A stretch of 63,996 nucleotides of DNA, the filler included, from Basidioascus undulatus (Eukaryota), in assembly GCA_000826855.1 (NCBI GenBank). It is 4 parts of 4 records of this genome, joined end to end, with 100 filler letters (N's around TTAATTAATTAA, not from the genome) between each part and the next. Parts side by side here need not be neighbours in the genome. Positions count along the whole stretch, not along the records: positions 49,571 to 63,996 come from JTLS01000730.1; 3 more parts are not named here. The stretch is one strand, 5' to 3'. The notes below the pieces were generated by a model. The model was given only the letters and a program-made list of their open reading frames with translations. It was not told the origin of the DNA and did no database searches. Within the stretch, counting starts at the first letter, position 1, and each line of letters starts with the position of its first letter. The translations under genes were made by a program, and so were the position numbers. Shown piece after piece: positions 52,750 through 63,996 of this stretch.

Positions 52750-53082
52750 CTAGTAGGCGTCTAACTATGGTCCTGATAGCTTGAGCGAGCCAAAAGACCC
52801 CAGTCGGTCAGAGCCGAAAACAACGCAAGGAAGCGGTCGACTTCTGTTCCGAAAGCGAGGCTCGCTGCAACAGACCTGGCTCACATTCAAAGATCAGTCT
52901 TCTCTGGATAATTTCAAGAAGCCAAAGGAAGCGATCTTTGCTCAGTTTCGTCGTTTGACGAGCTTGATCCGATATATGGATGGCTATTACAGTGCCATGC
53001 TCGAGCGTGCCTCGTCGACCGCGCCCATCTCTTCACATCTTCCTTTCACCCCTCGACCGTCAGACCCCTCTCGCAGGCGGCG

Positions 53083-53994
53083 ATGTCTCCGCCTCGACTT
53101 CCTTACGAAATCCACCGGCTCATATTCGCTCATTTCGTAGCTGCGTCCGGGCCTTCGCACCCGCTCGCGTACGCTCCCGCAGCGGACGTGTCCGTGCTGC
53201 TCTCGCTCAGTCTCGTATCGCGCCTGTACAACGAGCTTGCCACGCCCGTGCTCTACTCGTCCATTACTATCACGTCCGGTACCCAACTCTGGCACCTCGC
53301 GGGAATACGCCCATCACTCCTCGCTCATACCCGCTCGTTCGCGCTTCCCACTTCGTTTCATGCGTGGGCTGCCAGGGCGGTATGCGAGCGGATGCCCCGG
53401 CTCGAGCGCTTCAACTAAGGGAGTCTGGGGGAAGTCTGGTGCCCGCAGGTACTCGGGACGCCAGACCAACCCATGCTGCCTCTGGCATCACTGCACGAGT
53501 TCGTCTATATGGGAACATACACCCCCGGGCCGTTCACGACGTGTTGGGCCCTCCCCGACTTTTCGAATCCTCAACGGCTCGCTCTGATCACGTACGAGCT
53601 CTCTTCGGCAGAGAACATCGACGTCCTCCTCAGCTTCACTAGGCTCGAAAGCCTCGTCATAATCGGCGTCGATCCGAGGACCCGTCGCTCGCAAAGGCTG
53701 CGCGGCATACGCGACTTTTTGACTCGCCAGCCAGCGGGGAGCCCGCTGAAGAAGATCGTATTAGGCATGATCCCGAGGGAATGCCATGAGAACCATCGGG
53801 TGGAATTCGAGGTCGCGTTGGAAAAGGAGATGCGGGGGGTGGAGGTGGGCAATGTCCAGGTCGTTTGCAAGAGATGGGAGTGCGCGGGGAGTAAGAAGGA
53901 GTCTGGGATGGAGGAGTTTACGCAAAACGTGCGGGAGGAACGGTGGGGGATCTTGATGGATGATTTGCCCCTTATGTTTAGCGCGCTTGAATGA
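53083..53994 (+). CDS. F-box/LRR-like protein with an in-frame TAA (pseudogene, or rescued by a 69-nt intron)
   Basis: RLPYEIHRLIF...LLSLSLVSRLYNELATPVLYSSITI; two same-frame ORFs separated by TAA 53416-53418; LRR-like RLESLVI. Confidence 0.7.
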
Positions 53995-54511
53995 AATGGC
54001 TCGAGCTCAGCCAATGTCGTCGAAAGCCAACTGTGCAGGCCTGTGCAGGCGCTAGCGATGGGACCACGCCACGAGAGCGCGGTACATAAAGAGGTCATAA
54101 CACCATTTATAGAAGGGCTACACGCGACGAGCATCAAACAACCCAGCAAGATATTAATGAGAGTATAGTCAACTTTGGAGTGTACAAGGTGGACGTGACA
54201 CGAGAGGCTTTTGACCAATAATCAAGCCGAACACTGTACGACGACAGCACGACAGTGAACGAAGCCCGATACGGGAGTGCTACTGGCTGACCTCACCTAC
54301 AGACCCCGAAAGTTATCGAACACACGGAAGGAAACAAGAAAAAGCAAAGGAAACCCAAGACAAGTTCTACGAGACGACACAGCGGCACCAGTTTCACGCA
54401 GTCCTCCGTATTCGACATTGTCGTCGGCTCACCCGGCTCAACATATTCCCGCGCAGAGTACCGTCCCCCAGAGGTTTCTCGAACTAAATGCCATCCCCCA
54501 CCCGTATATCA

Positions 54512-56373
54512 TCAGTCAGTGCGCCCTTCATTCGCTGAAAGCTTGTCAAGGCGCACCTCCCTCAACCAGTCAGGCGAATTTGACACAATGCGAAGCTCGG
54601 GCGCAGAGGCTTTGCAGGCCCAGACGAACGCGTCGATCGAAGCGGCTGACTCCTCTTCCATACTGAGGAGGAGCCACTGGATGCCGCGAGGGGCGAGGGT
54701 CTTCATGAACCGTTCGGCTGCGGCGAGATCTTGCGGCCAGTCGGAGGTGAAGCTGAGCGACCAAGCGGGGGATGTAGGTGAGGATGGAGGGGAATTACTC
54801 CTGCGCAATCGATCGCGTTCAGTAAGAGCTGTCGAGGGAGGTACGAAGTATGATATATAGCAGAGAGCCGCACGCACCAACGGCAGGCGCTCGTAGCCGA
54901 GAATGAATCGGAAGTGGTTGAGCGTACTACAGGCTGCCCCGATCGTGTAGACCTCGGCGCCTCCAATGGGTCCCACGTTAAGCGCGCGGTCGGCGGTCGT
55001 CCGGCTGTAGTCGTTTCCGCCGATGGCTTTGACGATGGTGTTGACAAGCGCAGCCTGAAGATAGTCGTGCTCCGATCTGTGCATCGCGCCCGGTCGAGTC
55101 AAAGTCGGCGTGAGGCAGACGAATTCGAGGCTGCGGGCGCGGGCGAGCAGGCCAACGAGGGCGGACCAGGTGTCGAGCAGGGTCGAGGAGTGATGAGGTC
55201 GAGAACAGTGATGGTGTGCGAGATGACGGAGGAAGCAGCAAACTGCGACGGAGCGTGAGTGTGGGTTTCTCAAGGCCAATCGATGTGAAGGCGGTACCTT
55301 GAACCACTGCCGTCCCAGTGCAATGCGATGGCCACGCAGTTGACTGACCTCGGTGGTCTCGCTGCTGAGCCGGATGAGACCGCGGTAGTTGATGACAATG
55401 TCGTCGGCCTGGACGAGCGTGAGTTTGGGGAGGGATTGTTTCAAGCCGTGGAAGAGTCCGAGCTTGTCGTCGGGAGAAGGAAAGAAGACGTTGTTGACCT
55501 TTTCAATTGTCGTTCTTAGTCAGTCGGGTCTCTAGCACCACAAGAAAGTTGTCGGCTTGCCTGAATCTCCTCAAGGAAAACGATCCGCGCGATCAGCCTC
55601 GTCAGCTCCTTGTTCCACAGATAATGCGTGACGCCGACGCCGAAGGTCGGGAGGTTGACGAAGTAGTTGAGCGAAGCGTGGTCGATCTTGTGCGAGAGCG
55701 AAAGCGAAACGAGCCGAGGGTGGTTCGCGAGAAGCAGCATGTTCGCCTCGGAAAAGAGGAGTCTGGGACAGATCCACTGCATGGGAAGAGGTCTGTGCTC
55801 AACAAAACGGGCGCGGAAGACAGGGAGTTCAGCAAAACACACTTCGAAATCCCGCAAGCTGGTCCACCACACGATCAGCCGACCGATGATCTCGTTGAAC
55901 TCGGCTGTAGGGGAGTGATGTTCCGGTTGGAAGAGCTCGAGCATCCCAGGCTGGTAGATCTTGACGCCTGCAAACCAAAACCACTTTGGGCGTCAAGCGT
56001 ACTCTTTCCCTCCCCTACCAAACGGTAATGCTCACGCTTGGTCAGGCACGCGAGGTACTTTCCCTTCTCTGTGCCGTCGTCCACGCTGCGCAAATAATGC
56101 TGGAGCTTCCGCGCTCCCATGGGCGGAGAGAGCACGAGCGAGTGGAAGATCAGGCGCTGGACCGCCATGCCGAAACGCTTGTTGACGAGGGCGCAGCGGA
56201 GTTGCTCGCTGCGCGGGAGAAACTCCATGACCCGCATCTGGAAGTCCGAGAACAATATGAGGTTCCATAAGCCAGAGCGGGACATATTCTTTTTCGCAGA
56301 CTCACCACAGCTCGACGGCGAGCCCGTAACCGATTTTGCGGAGCTTCGGGGAAGAGGAGGGGTTTGAAGGCAT
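54512..56373 (-). CDS. F-box/LRR-like protein, first splice junction apparently 1 nt short
   Basis: LAVELW + MRVMEFLPRSEQLRCALVNKRF...QRLIFHSLVL; in-frame introns at 56035 (GTGAGC) and 55560 (GCAAGC); long last exon. Confidence 0.7.
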
Positions 56374-57485
56374 GACTGCGATTTTGCTGTTGGCAGGGGG
56401 AGGAGAAGTTGCGAATGGGCAGGTGAGGTATGATGATAAGGTGTCTCGTACGGCCCGCGAGGCTCCGCTGCGAGGTCGCATAGCCCCGGGATGTACTGTT
56501 TGTTGTTACGCCCTCCATTCAAAAGTATTCGAAGTTCTTTCGAGTGCGATTGTCATGGCCGCCTTTCCTTCGACTTGAAACTATGTCGTTACCAACATTC
56601 AAGAGTCCTGCGAAGCTGACCGGCTGCACGAGGCGACCGCGCTAAAGTAGACTCCAAACAACTAAGATTTTCGGGAGCATAACTTGCAGAATCGTTTGGT
56701 GTGGTAATACCTCATACCTAATACTCTTGCGCTGTGCGCGGAGTGGCGTATCAATGAGGAATCCAGGGCAGGTGCTCAGTTGGCGCACACTGAAACCGTC
56801 GTGTAGATTCTTTGCCACCTCTGCACGGAGAGTGCGGATTCCTCCATAATACCACTGAAAATTTCAGATCTCAAGTACAGTTTTCCGGACCGTCAGCCAA
56901 GCAGCTGTGCGAAACCCTACTACTGGTGACGAGACATCTTAGTAATGCAGGAGTCAGGGCGTTGCACAGTGTGCGCTAGAAACGTCGGACACTGTGAGAG
57001 TAACGTGAAGGCTTAAGTTTTCTTTAGGCTCTCAAAGAGCCCCAAATCTCCTCCTGATAGCCCTCTCACAAAGTCTGAGCGCACGTAGATCTAACACCAC
57101 CTGCTCAGGGCAGCTTGACAAAGAGTGCGGAAGCCGCACCCATTGTTGGTGCCTGAGAGCACTATTACTGCCTTTCAATTGTGGACGAAAAGTTACTGTC
57201 AGCCTAGGAGGTAGGAGGAAGTTGACATTGTTCAAGTTGGATTCCTGTATGCTAAGGCAGAATATCACAGTGCCCCTCCATTGCGCTGTTCGCCGCCGAC
57301 AGGGAGGAATATGTGCGGCAAGCAATAGTTGAAAATTCAGTTTGCTTTTCAGAACAAATCTGACTACATGAAAAAGTCCCTGGCTGACATGACCGTTATT
57401 TGACGCCTTTTGGGCCTTTTCCGCATCTTTAGGCTCGAGCTTCCCGCGAGCGCATCTCTCCCTCCTCTCCATACCTCACGCTCTC

Positions 57486-60400
57486 ATGCTCACACATTAT
57501 CGCCAGGTCGTTGCAGCGTCGGGCTCAGAATTTGCGGAGTCGCTGGTACTGACGCCGGCGTGCCTGTCGGCGGCGCCCTGCAACGCGGCGGTTTCGTCTA
57601 CGCTCGTCGTCGCCCGAGGCAACGTCCTGCGCATCTTCGATGTGCGGGACGAGGAGGTCCTTCTCCAGCCTTCAGGCGGGACGCGCCGTGACGACGATGA
57701 CGAGGCGGATGTCGAGCGCGCAATGATGGACGACGAGATGCAGGTGAATCATCGCGCATAACCGTGGCTGGGGTGGGTCCATAGGCGGAGGCGAATGGGG
57801 TCGCGCAGGCATGGGGATGTGCTGGAAGCTGGCGAGCCTGTTCGATCGCTACCAACTCATGCATTGCTATGCACCCCGTTCACTTCGAATGCGCACTTTA
57901 CCCACACCCGCTTGCTTTCGATCGTACAACTCATGCCCGCCCCCCTTCTCCCCGGCAGGCTGCCTTCCCACCTACCACGTCTTTGTCCTTTTCGCCCTCC
58001 GCCTACCCCGCACCCTCAGCACGCCTATACCTCGTCCGAGAACATCGGCTCCACGGCGAGGTTACTGGTCTGGCGAAAATCAAAACTCTCGCGAGTGCAG
58101 AGGATGGGCTAGATCGGCTGTTGATCTCGTTCCGGGATGCCAAGGTACGTCCAACTGGAGAAACAACATGCTTGCGGGCGCTGACAACCACACAAACCAA
58201 AGTTGGCGTTGATGGAATGGTCTGAGGAAACGAACGATCTGGCGACTGTCTCTCTCCACACTTATGAGAGATCGGAGCAAATCGTGCGTCTTCTATCGCG
58301 CTGTTTTCCAGCGCGAAGCTCACCTCCTACCTGGCTGCGTGGTGAACGAAGGCCTCGACCGACTCTAACACTTACCGCACCCGACTTCGGTCTGACCCTG
58401 CCGACCGCTGCGCCGCCCTACTCCTGCCTCGAGACGCTCTCGCCATCCTCCCCATCTACAGCGCGCAAGCCGACCTTGATGTCTTCGAGATTGACGCGAG
58501 CGGGTGCGCCTGTTATTCCTACGCAGGCAGCATAGAAGTTTCTGACCTGATACCTCAACAGCGTCATTCGAGACTTGCCGTACTCTCCTTCCTTCGTCCT
58601 CCCTCTCGCCTCTATCGACGTCTCCATCAAGAACGTCATCGACTTCGCCTTCTTGCCCGGCTTCCACAACCCGACTGTTGCCGTCCTTTGCGAGCCCACT
58701 CTTACCTGGACCGGTCGCCTCTCTGAGGCGAAGGACACGTGCCGCATCTTCTTCATCACGCTCGACCTCGTCTCCCTCACGTACCCGCTCATCGCCGTCG
58801 CCGAGAACCTGCCATACGACAGCTTCGCGCTCGTCCCCGCCCCGCGCGAGCTCGGCGGCGCTATCCTCCTCACCGCCAACGCAGTCATGCACGTCGACCA
58901 GTCCGGACGAGCGGTTGGCAAGTCCGTCAACGGCTGGAGCAGACATACGTCGGAGCTGCAGCTCGCGCCCGCCAACGGGCTGACGCTCAAGCTCGAGGGC
59001 GCGCATGCCGCGTTCGTGGACGATAGCTCGCTCATGCTGTTTCTCGCGAGCGGAGACGTGCACGTCGTGCGCTGCCTTCGCGATGGCAGGGCCGTCGCCG
59101 GCGTCGAGATCAGCGAGCCGGTCGCGCACGGTACCATCCCGTCCGGTGCTGTCGTTCTGCGAGGGCCTCAACGGGCCGAGGGCCAGTTCGTTTTCGCGCC
59201 CAGCATGGTCGGACCGAGCACGCTGCTCCGCGTAGGCCCGAGCTTGGCGGATCTAGCCCCAGGGCAGGAAAACGCCGCGCAGACGACTCTCATCGCGGAC
59301 AGCATGGACGTTGATTTGGAAGAAGGCGCGTCGATGCTTTCATTCCCGGGCGGCTCCACGCTGACGTTTCATAATCTAGATCTCTACGGTGACTCGATGC
59401 CGGTCGTTCCTGTAAGGACTGCGGCACCGACTACCAACGGGCACGCCGGCACGTCGAAAGCTCCGGAGCCGCCATTGCGCTTGTGCGACACGCTATTGGC
59501 GCACGGACCGATTCATCAAGTCACTCTCGGTTCGTATAGGTATCAGGTGAGCATGGTCTTTTAGTTCTCAAAAGTCCTTAACTTTGCTGAGCGTCAGCGA
59601 TGCACAGGGCGCCGCCGCGAAGCAAGTCGTTGCTGCTACCGGCGCAGGCCATGTTGGCGGGATCGTTGCTTTCCACGTGAGTATGCGGCGCGCCTCGATG
59701 CACTGAAAGGCATACTCATCTCTATACCTCCAGGACGCGATCCCCGCCGTCAAGAAGCGCAAGCTCAACATCGGCGGTAGCATCGGCTTGTGGTCATTCC
59801 GCTTGCGGAGGAGCAGCGGCGAGGACGCCGAGGGGGAGGAAGTCATTGTCACGTCCGACGCAACGCCGGCGCCGGGGCGATCGAGGGTGTGTCTCTTTCT
59901 GACTTCACTCGAGGCATCGTCTGAAGATCTTTCTCTCCCTAGATTGTCTCGCTCGACGCGGCCGGCGAGGTCGTCTCCATCTCCCGCAATCCGGCGCGGA
60001 CGATCTGCGCCAGCGCTCTCTTCAACGAGACCTGCGTCGTCCAGGTCCTGCCGTCGAGCGTGCGCCTCCTCGAACCCAGTAAGTTGGGTATGCGGCTCGC
60101 ACATCAGGACGAAGTCTCTTCGCTGACGACTTTCAATGACTGCAAGACGGCAACGAGCGACAACTCTGCGTCGACTCGAAGGCGAAGAAGGCCGGCGCAG
60201 AGATCCGGAGCGCGAGCGTCTTGGACCCGTACATCCTCATCGTCCGCGGAGACGGCAGCGCGGCGTTCCTCGCGGGCGATACCGCAACGCGCAAGCTGGT
60301 GAAGGTGGACTGGCCAGGCGAACAGCCGGAGGTGCGCCGCTACCCCCGCTGCTCACGCTGGACTAGTCTCATTTCTATTTCATTGCGTGGCGCAGTATGC

Positions 60401-63109
60401 CTCGGGCTCCGTCTTCTCCGACACGAGCGGCGTCTTCCGACTCTTGAGCTCTACCGCGTCTCCCCACGCGAAGGGTCTAGGCGACGTGGAGATGAGCAAT
60501 GGCACGGCGCACCTTGCCAACGGCGCCGGCGTCGCGCTCAACGAGCAGAACATCAGCATCTCGAGCGCCGAGGAGTCTCGCTCGGAGTGGGTGTGCATGC
60601 TCACTTCTTCAGGCGCGTTGGAGGTGCGCGACTCCGTTACTCGCTCCGGGAAGTCGCCCTTGCGATTGACCATGGGTTTCGCAGATTCGGGCGCTGCCCA
60701 GCCTCGCACTTGTCTGGTCCTCGGACGGCCTCTCGGACCTTTCAAGCATGCTCCGCGACGCCGAAGGCGATTCGCTCCCTCCCAAGGCGACGCCCAGTGT
60801 ACCCGTTGAAGTCCACAGCGTCCTGCTCGCTGGTCTCGGCGAATCGCGATCAAGACCTCACCTCCTCGTTTGTTGATCTTACTCGGTTGTCAGGCCAGGC
60901 TTCCGAAGCTTATCGGCGCAATGCTCGCAGGTCCTGCTCAAGTCAGGCACGCTCATCGTCTACGAGGCTTTCTCCACCTCTTCGCCTGCGGGCCGCCTCG
61001 CTGTCGGCTTCTCGAAACTCTCGACGCACATTCTCCCCTCTTCTTCCGACCATCCCCAGCGACTCGTCTCTCTCGGTGCACATGGCGCTTTCCTCACTGG
61101 TCCCGAGCCGCAGTGGATCTGTGCTTCCGATAAGGCCCCGGCGCGGGTGCATCCGTTCCAAGAGAAGGACATCATGAGCGCAGCTTCGCACTCGGTCGCG
61201 GGCGGGGGCACTGGCCTGCTATTCTTCTCGGAGGGCGTGCGTCCACGCTTGTGACCGCTCGCTTGCGCAAAAGCTTACCTGTCTGCGTTGATAGGAGGAC
61301 CCGACTCTCGCTTCCATACCGGACGACCTCGAGCTCGGCGCCGAAGTCCCGATGCGACGGCTGATCTCGGGGCGCAGCTACGATTTCGTCGCCTTCGATC
61401 CGACGACCCAGATGTATTGTGCGGCGTCGTCGCACGTCGTTCCCTTCCAGCTCTTCGATGCCGAGGGTAACTTCGTTTGGAAAGCGCCGCCTGGTAAGTT
61501 GCTTTCTTCGAACGATCTTACGCGCAGCTGCTAATCACCTGGTATACAGGCGACATGCTCAGTTCCGCAAGCACGTATCGCTCTTCGCTCGAGCTGTTAT
61601 CGGCCAGTGGCCGAGAAGCTCTTGCTGGGTAAACATGACATCCTCGCTAGCAATACCTCGATCCGATGTGCTGACAGCAGCCGGCGCTCAGTTACGAGTT
61701 TGAGCAGAGCGAGTTCATCACGGCCTTCAGCTGCGTGAGCTTGCAGTCTGCGAGCACGACCTTGGGCACGAAGGACGTAATCGCCGTCGGGACTACTATT
61801 GCTCGAGGCGAGGATCTCATGGTCAAGGGCGCTGTGCGTGCATTTCTGTGGCTCCATTTCTCTGCTATCCTGAGGCAAATGACTGAATCGTTGTTCTCCA
61901 GATCTACATTTTCGAGATCGCGGAAACAGTTCCGAACCCGCACGACCCGGACAACAACTACAAGCTCAAGCTGCTCTGTCGCGAGGAGATCCGGGGCGCC
62001 ATCACGGCCGTGTCGAGCGTGAGCGGATACATCGTATTCGCAGTCGGCCAGAAGGTGCGTAGCTCCGCGTAGGTGCAAGGCCATATCGAATTGCTCGGCT
62101 CATTTGCCGTTTCGCGCAGATTCTCGTTCGAGCGTTCGAAACCGATGAGCGACTCATCTCGGTCGCGTTCTACGACGCCGGCGTCTTCGTCACGTCAATA
62201 CAAGTCCTGAAGAATCTTATTATTCTTGGCGATGCCGTGCAAAGCGCGACCTTGCTCGCATTCCAGGTGGAATTTGCGCACCTTCCATAAAGGCTACCGG
62301 CACATCTGACACTCGTTGCTCCGCAGGAGGATCCCTTCAAGCTCGTTCTTCTCAGCAGGGACGCTCACGAGCAGCACGTCGTCTCTGCCGACTTCCTCGT
62401 CGATGAGGACACGCTCGCTTTTGTCACGAACGACGTGCACGGCGATTTGCGCCTTCTGGAGTACAATCCTGCACGTAAGCGCCCGTGAACGGTAGCCTAG
62501 ACTACCGGCGGCATACTAACGTTGGTCATGTGTCACAGATCCGGCGTCTGAGGGCGGCCTGAAGCTCATCACATCGAGCGAGTTCCACACCGGTGCCGAG
62601 GCGCGTGCGACGACGCTCGTTGCCCGGCAAGGCGGTACCGGCGGGCCGTCTTCGGAACTCATACTCGGTGCGCTTTCAACGTCACAATTCCCGCTCTATG
62701 CAATGCTGAAGTCCAGTCGTGACGGAACAGGTGCTGTCGACGGTTCCCTTGCGTGTCTCGTTCCACTCGAAGAACGAGTTGCGAAGCGTCTGTCGCTCCT
62801 TCAGGGTGCGCTCGTCCGTCAAGTTCAACACGTCGCAGCTTTGAATCCGCGTGCCTTCCGGTGCGCACTGCTCTTCTTCACTTGTCCAACGCCGTCGAAC
62901 CTGACCGAGTCAATGTATTCTTCTCCTCATCCAGCCATGTCCGCAATGACTACGTTTCGCGCGGTCTGTCAAAGGGCGTGCTTGACGGCGAGCTCCTCGC
63001 TGCGTTTGAGCGTCTGGCGCGGGCAAAGCAGGACGAGATAACTACGCAGCTCGGCGCTTCCACGAGTGATCTTCTTGAGATGCTTAGGACTTGCAGGTGG
63101 ACTTTGTGA
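57486..63109 (+). CDS. CFT1: Cleavage and polyadenylation specificity factor subunit 1 (CPSF160)
   Basis: LVVARGNVLRIF, HRLHGEVTGL, LLISFRDAKLALMEW, SLHTYE, PYSPSFV, DFAFLPGFHNPTVAVL, GEDLMVKG, FQEDPFKL, LNPRAFR, VLDGELL. Confidence 0.95.
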
Positions 63110-63409
63110 CATTGGGATGATCGGGGTTCATCTCGGAGGATTCTTGCGCACGCATGCATCAACTACTCGTGATCTTGGACTGTCGCGCTGTTCGCATATC
63201 GCCGACGTGTGACATAGTTCTGCTTGCATTTCTCCCTTCCGAAGAGGAAGTTTGCGGCTTCAAAGGAAGAGATCGGCTTCTGATCATATTCCAGCGGATT
63301 CCTTTCACTCAAGCATCGTCACTTTAATCAGGCACGACATGGCCTGCAGTCGTTGCCATTGCACATTCAAGGCTACATGGCGTTCCCCTGAGCGCCCAAC
63401 GTTTCGTCC

Positions 63410-63996
63410 TCAGTTCCACCTGCAACCCCCAATATTCAAGCCGTTCATTTCCTCCCAGCCCGGATGCCAATCGTCCGAGTCGCGCGAGTCTCCATCGCCA
63501 AACGACTTGCCGGCATACCAGAGCTCGAAACGCTCATCGTCATGCCACCAGAAACCTTGACTGACGGACTGTACAGGGAAGGCTCGTCTCAGCGCATTCC
63601 GCCGTGGATTACTGGCCAGAGCCCCCTCACCAGACACGTCTCCATCTCGGGCCCGAGCGTCTCGGCCCAGCGCACGAATGCGTTCTGCTCCGAGACGGCC
63701 GAGCGTGTGGACCGCGCAGCGCGGCGTGTCGCTTGACGCGGAAGAGGTGCGCGCTGGTTTCGGGATCGAATGCGATGCAGGCGTTCGCGCGCATGAAGGC
63801 CCAGAGCATCTCGAAGACTCTGGTTGAAGAACGAAATGGGAAGCACCGTCAGCAGGGACGTCAGCGTCTTGTAAGAGAACGGTTTCCAACGTACTCATCA
63901 ATGCGCCGGTCGATCTTCTGCCACATGAGCGTCTTGGAGATCGTCCAGTACACGAGCGTGGTCTCCTCGCCCTCGAAGACGTCGTTCGGGAACCGC
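63410..63996 (-). CDS. Spliced hypothetical gene, 3' portion (runs off the window)
   Basis: Codon-biased frames RFPNDVFEGEETTLVYWTISK... and GFWWHDDERFELWY... with GTACGT/GTGAGG donors; exact junctions and end are uncertain. Confidence 0.4.
   Translation of the reverse strand, partial: GSRTTSSRARRPRSCTGRSPRRSCGRRSTGALMSTLETVLLQDADVPADGASHFVLQPESSRCSGPSCARTPASHSIPKPARTSSASSDTPRCAVHTLGRLGAERIRALGRDARARDGDVSGEGALASNPRRNALRRAFPVQSVSQGFWWHDDERFELWYAGKSFGDGDSRDSDDWHPGWEEMNGLNIGGCRWN

Overview
Intron-rich, GC-rich fungal DNA from a basidiomycete, probably Pucciniomycotina (inferred from gene content and GTGCGT/GTGAGT donors with 55-80 nt introns). The window is not one locus. Four unrelated contigs are joined by artificial 100-nt N44-TTAATTAATTAA-N44 linkers, and the two complete contigs (16,423 and 16,419 bp) suggest sorting by size. 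Genes rebuilt by hand from the sequence: secreted carboxylesterase, G-protein alpha subunit, ERCC6L2-like SNF2 ATPase, POP8, acyl-CoA oxidase (3' truncated), glutaminyl-tRNA synthetase, MHYT-domain membrane sensor, G6PD (5' truncated), fungal transcription factor (5' truncated), Egh16-like pseudogene, GH27 alpha-galactosidase, GPI-anchored Cu-only SOD, Zn-dependent MDR dehydrogenase, last exon of ADI1, ornithine carrier, several lesioned F-box-like genes and CFT1/CPSF160. Most interesting, all unverified: (1) a ~1 kb minus-strand region head-to-head with POP8 that folds like a structured ncRNA with a telomerase CR4/5-like junction; (2) two tandem 3-nt micro-exons that build the MHFVG motif of the MHYT protein; (3) a GlnRS whose ATG is split by a structured intron and preceded by an AUG-less presequence-like extension; (4) a stand-alone protein resembling the HD1 mating-type N-terminal domain; (5) a possible intronisation that rescues a nonsense codon. 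CDS coordinates are gene spans including introns.
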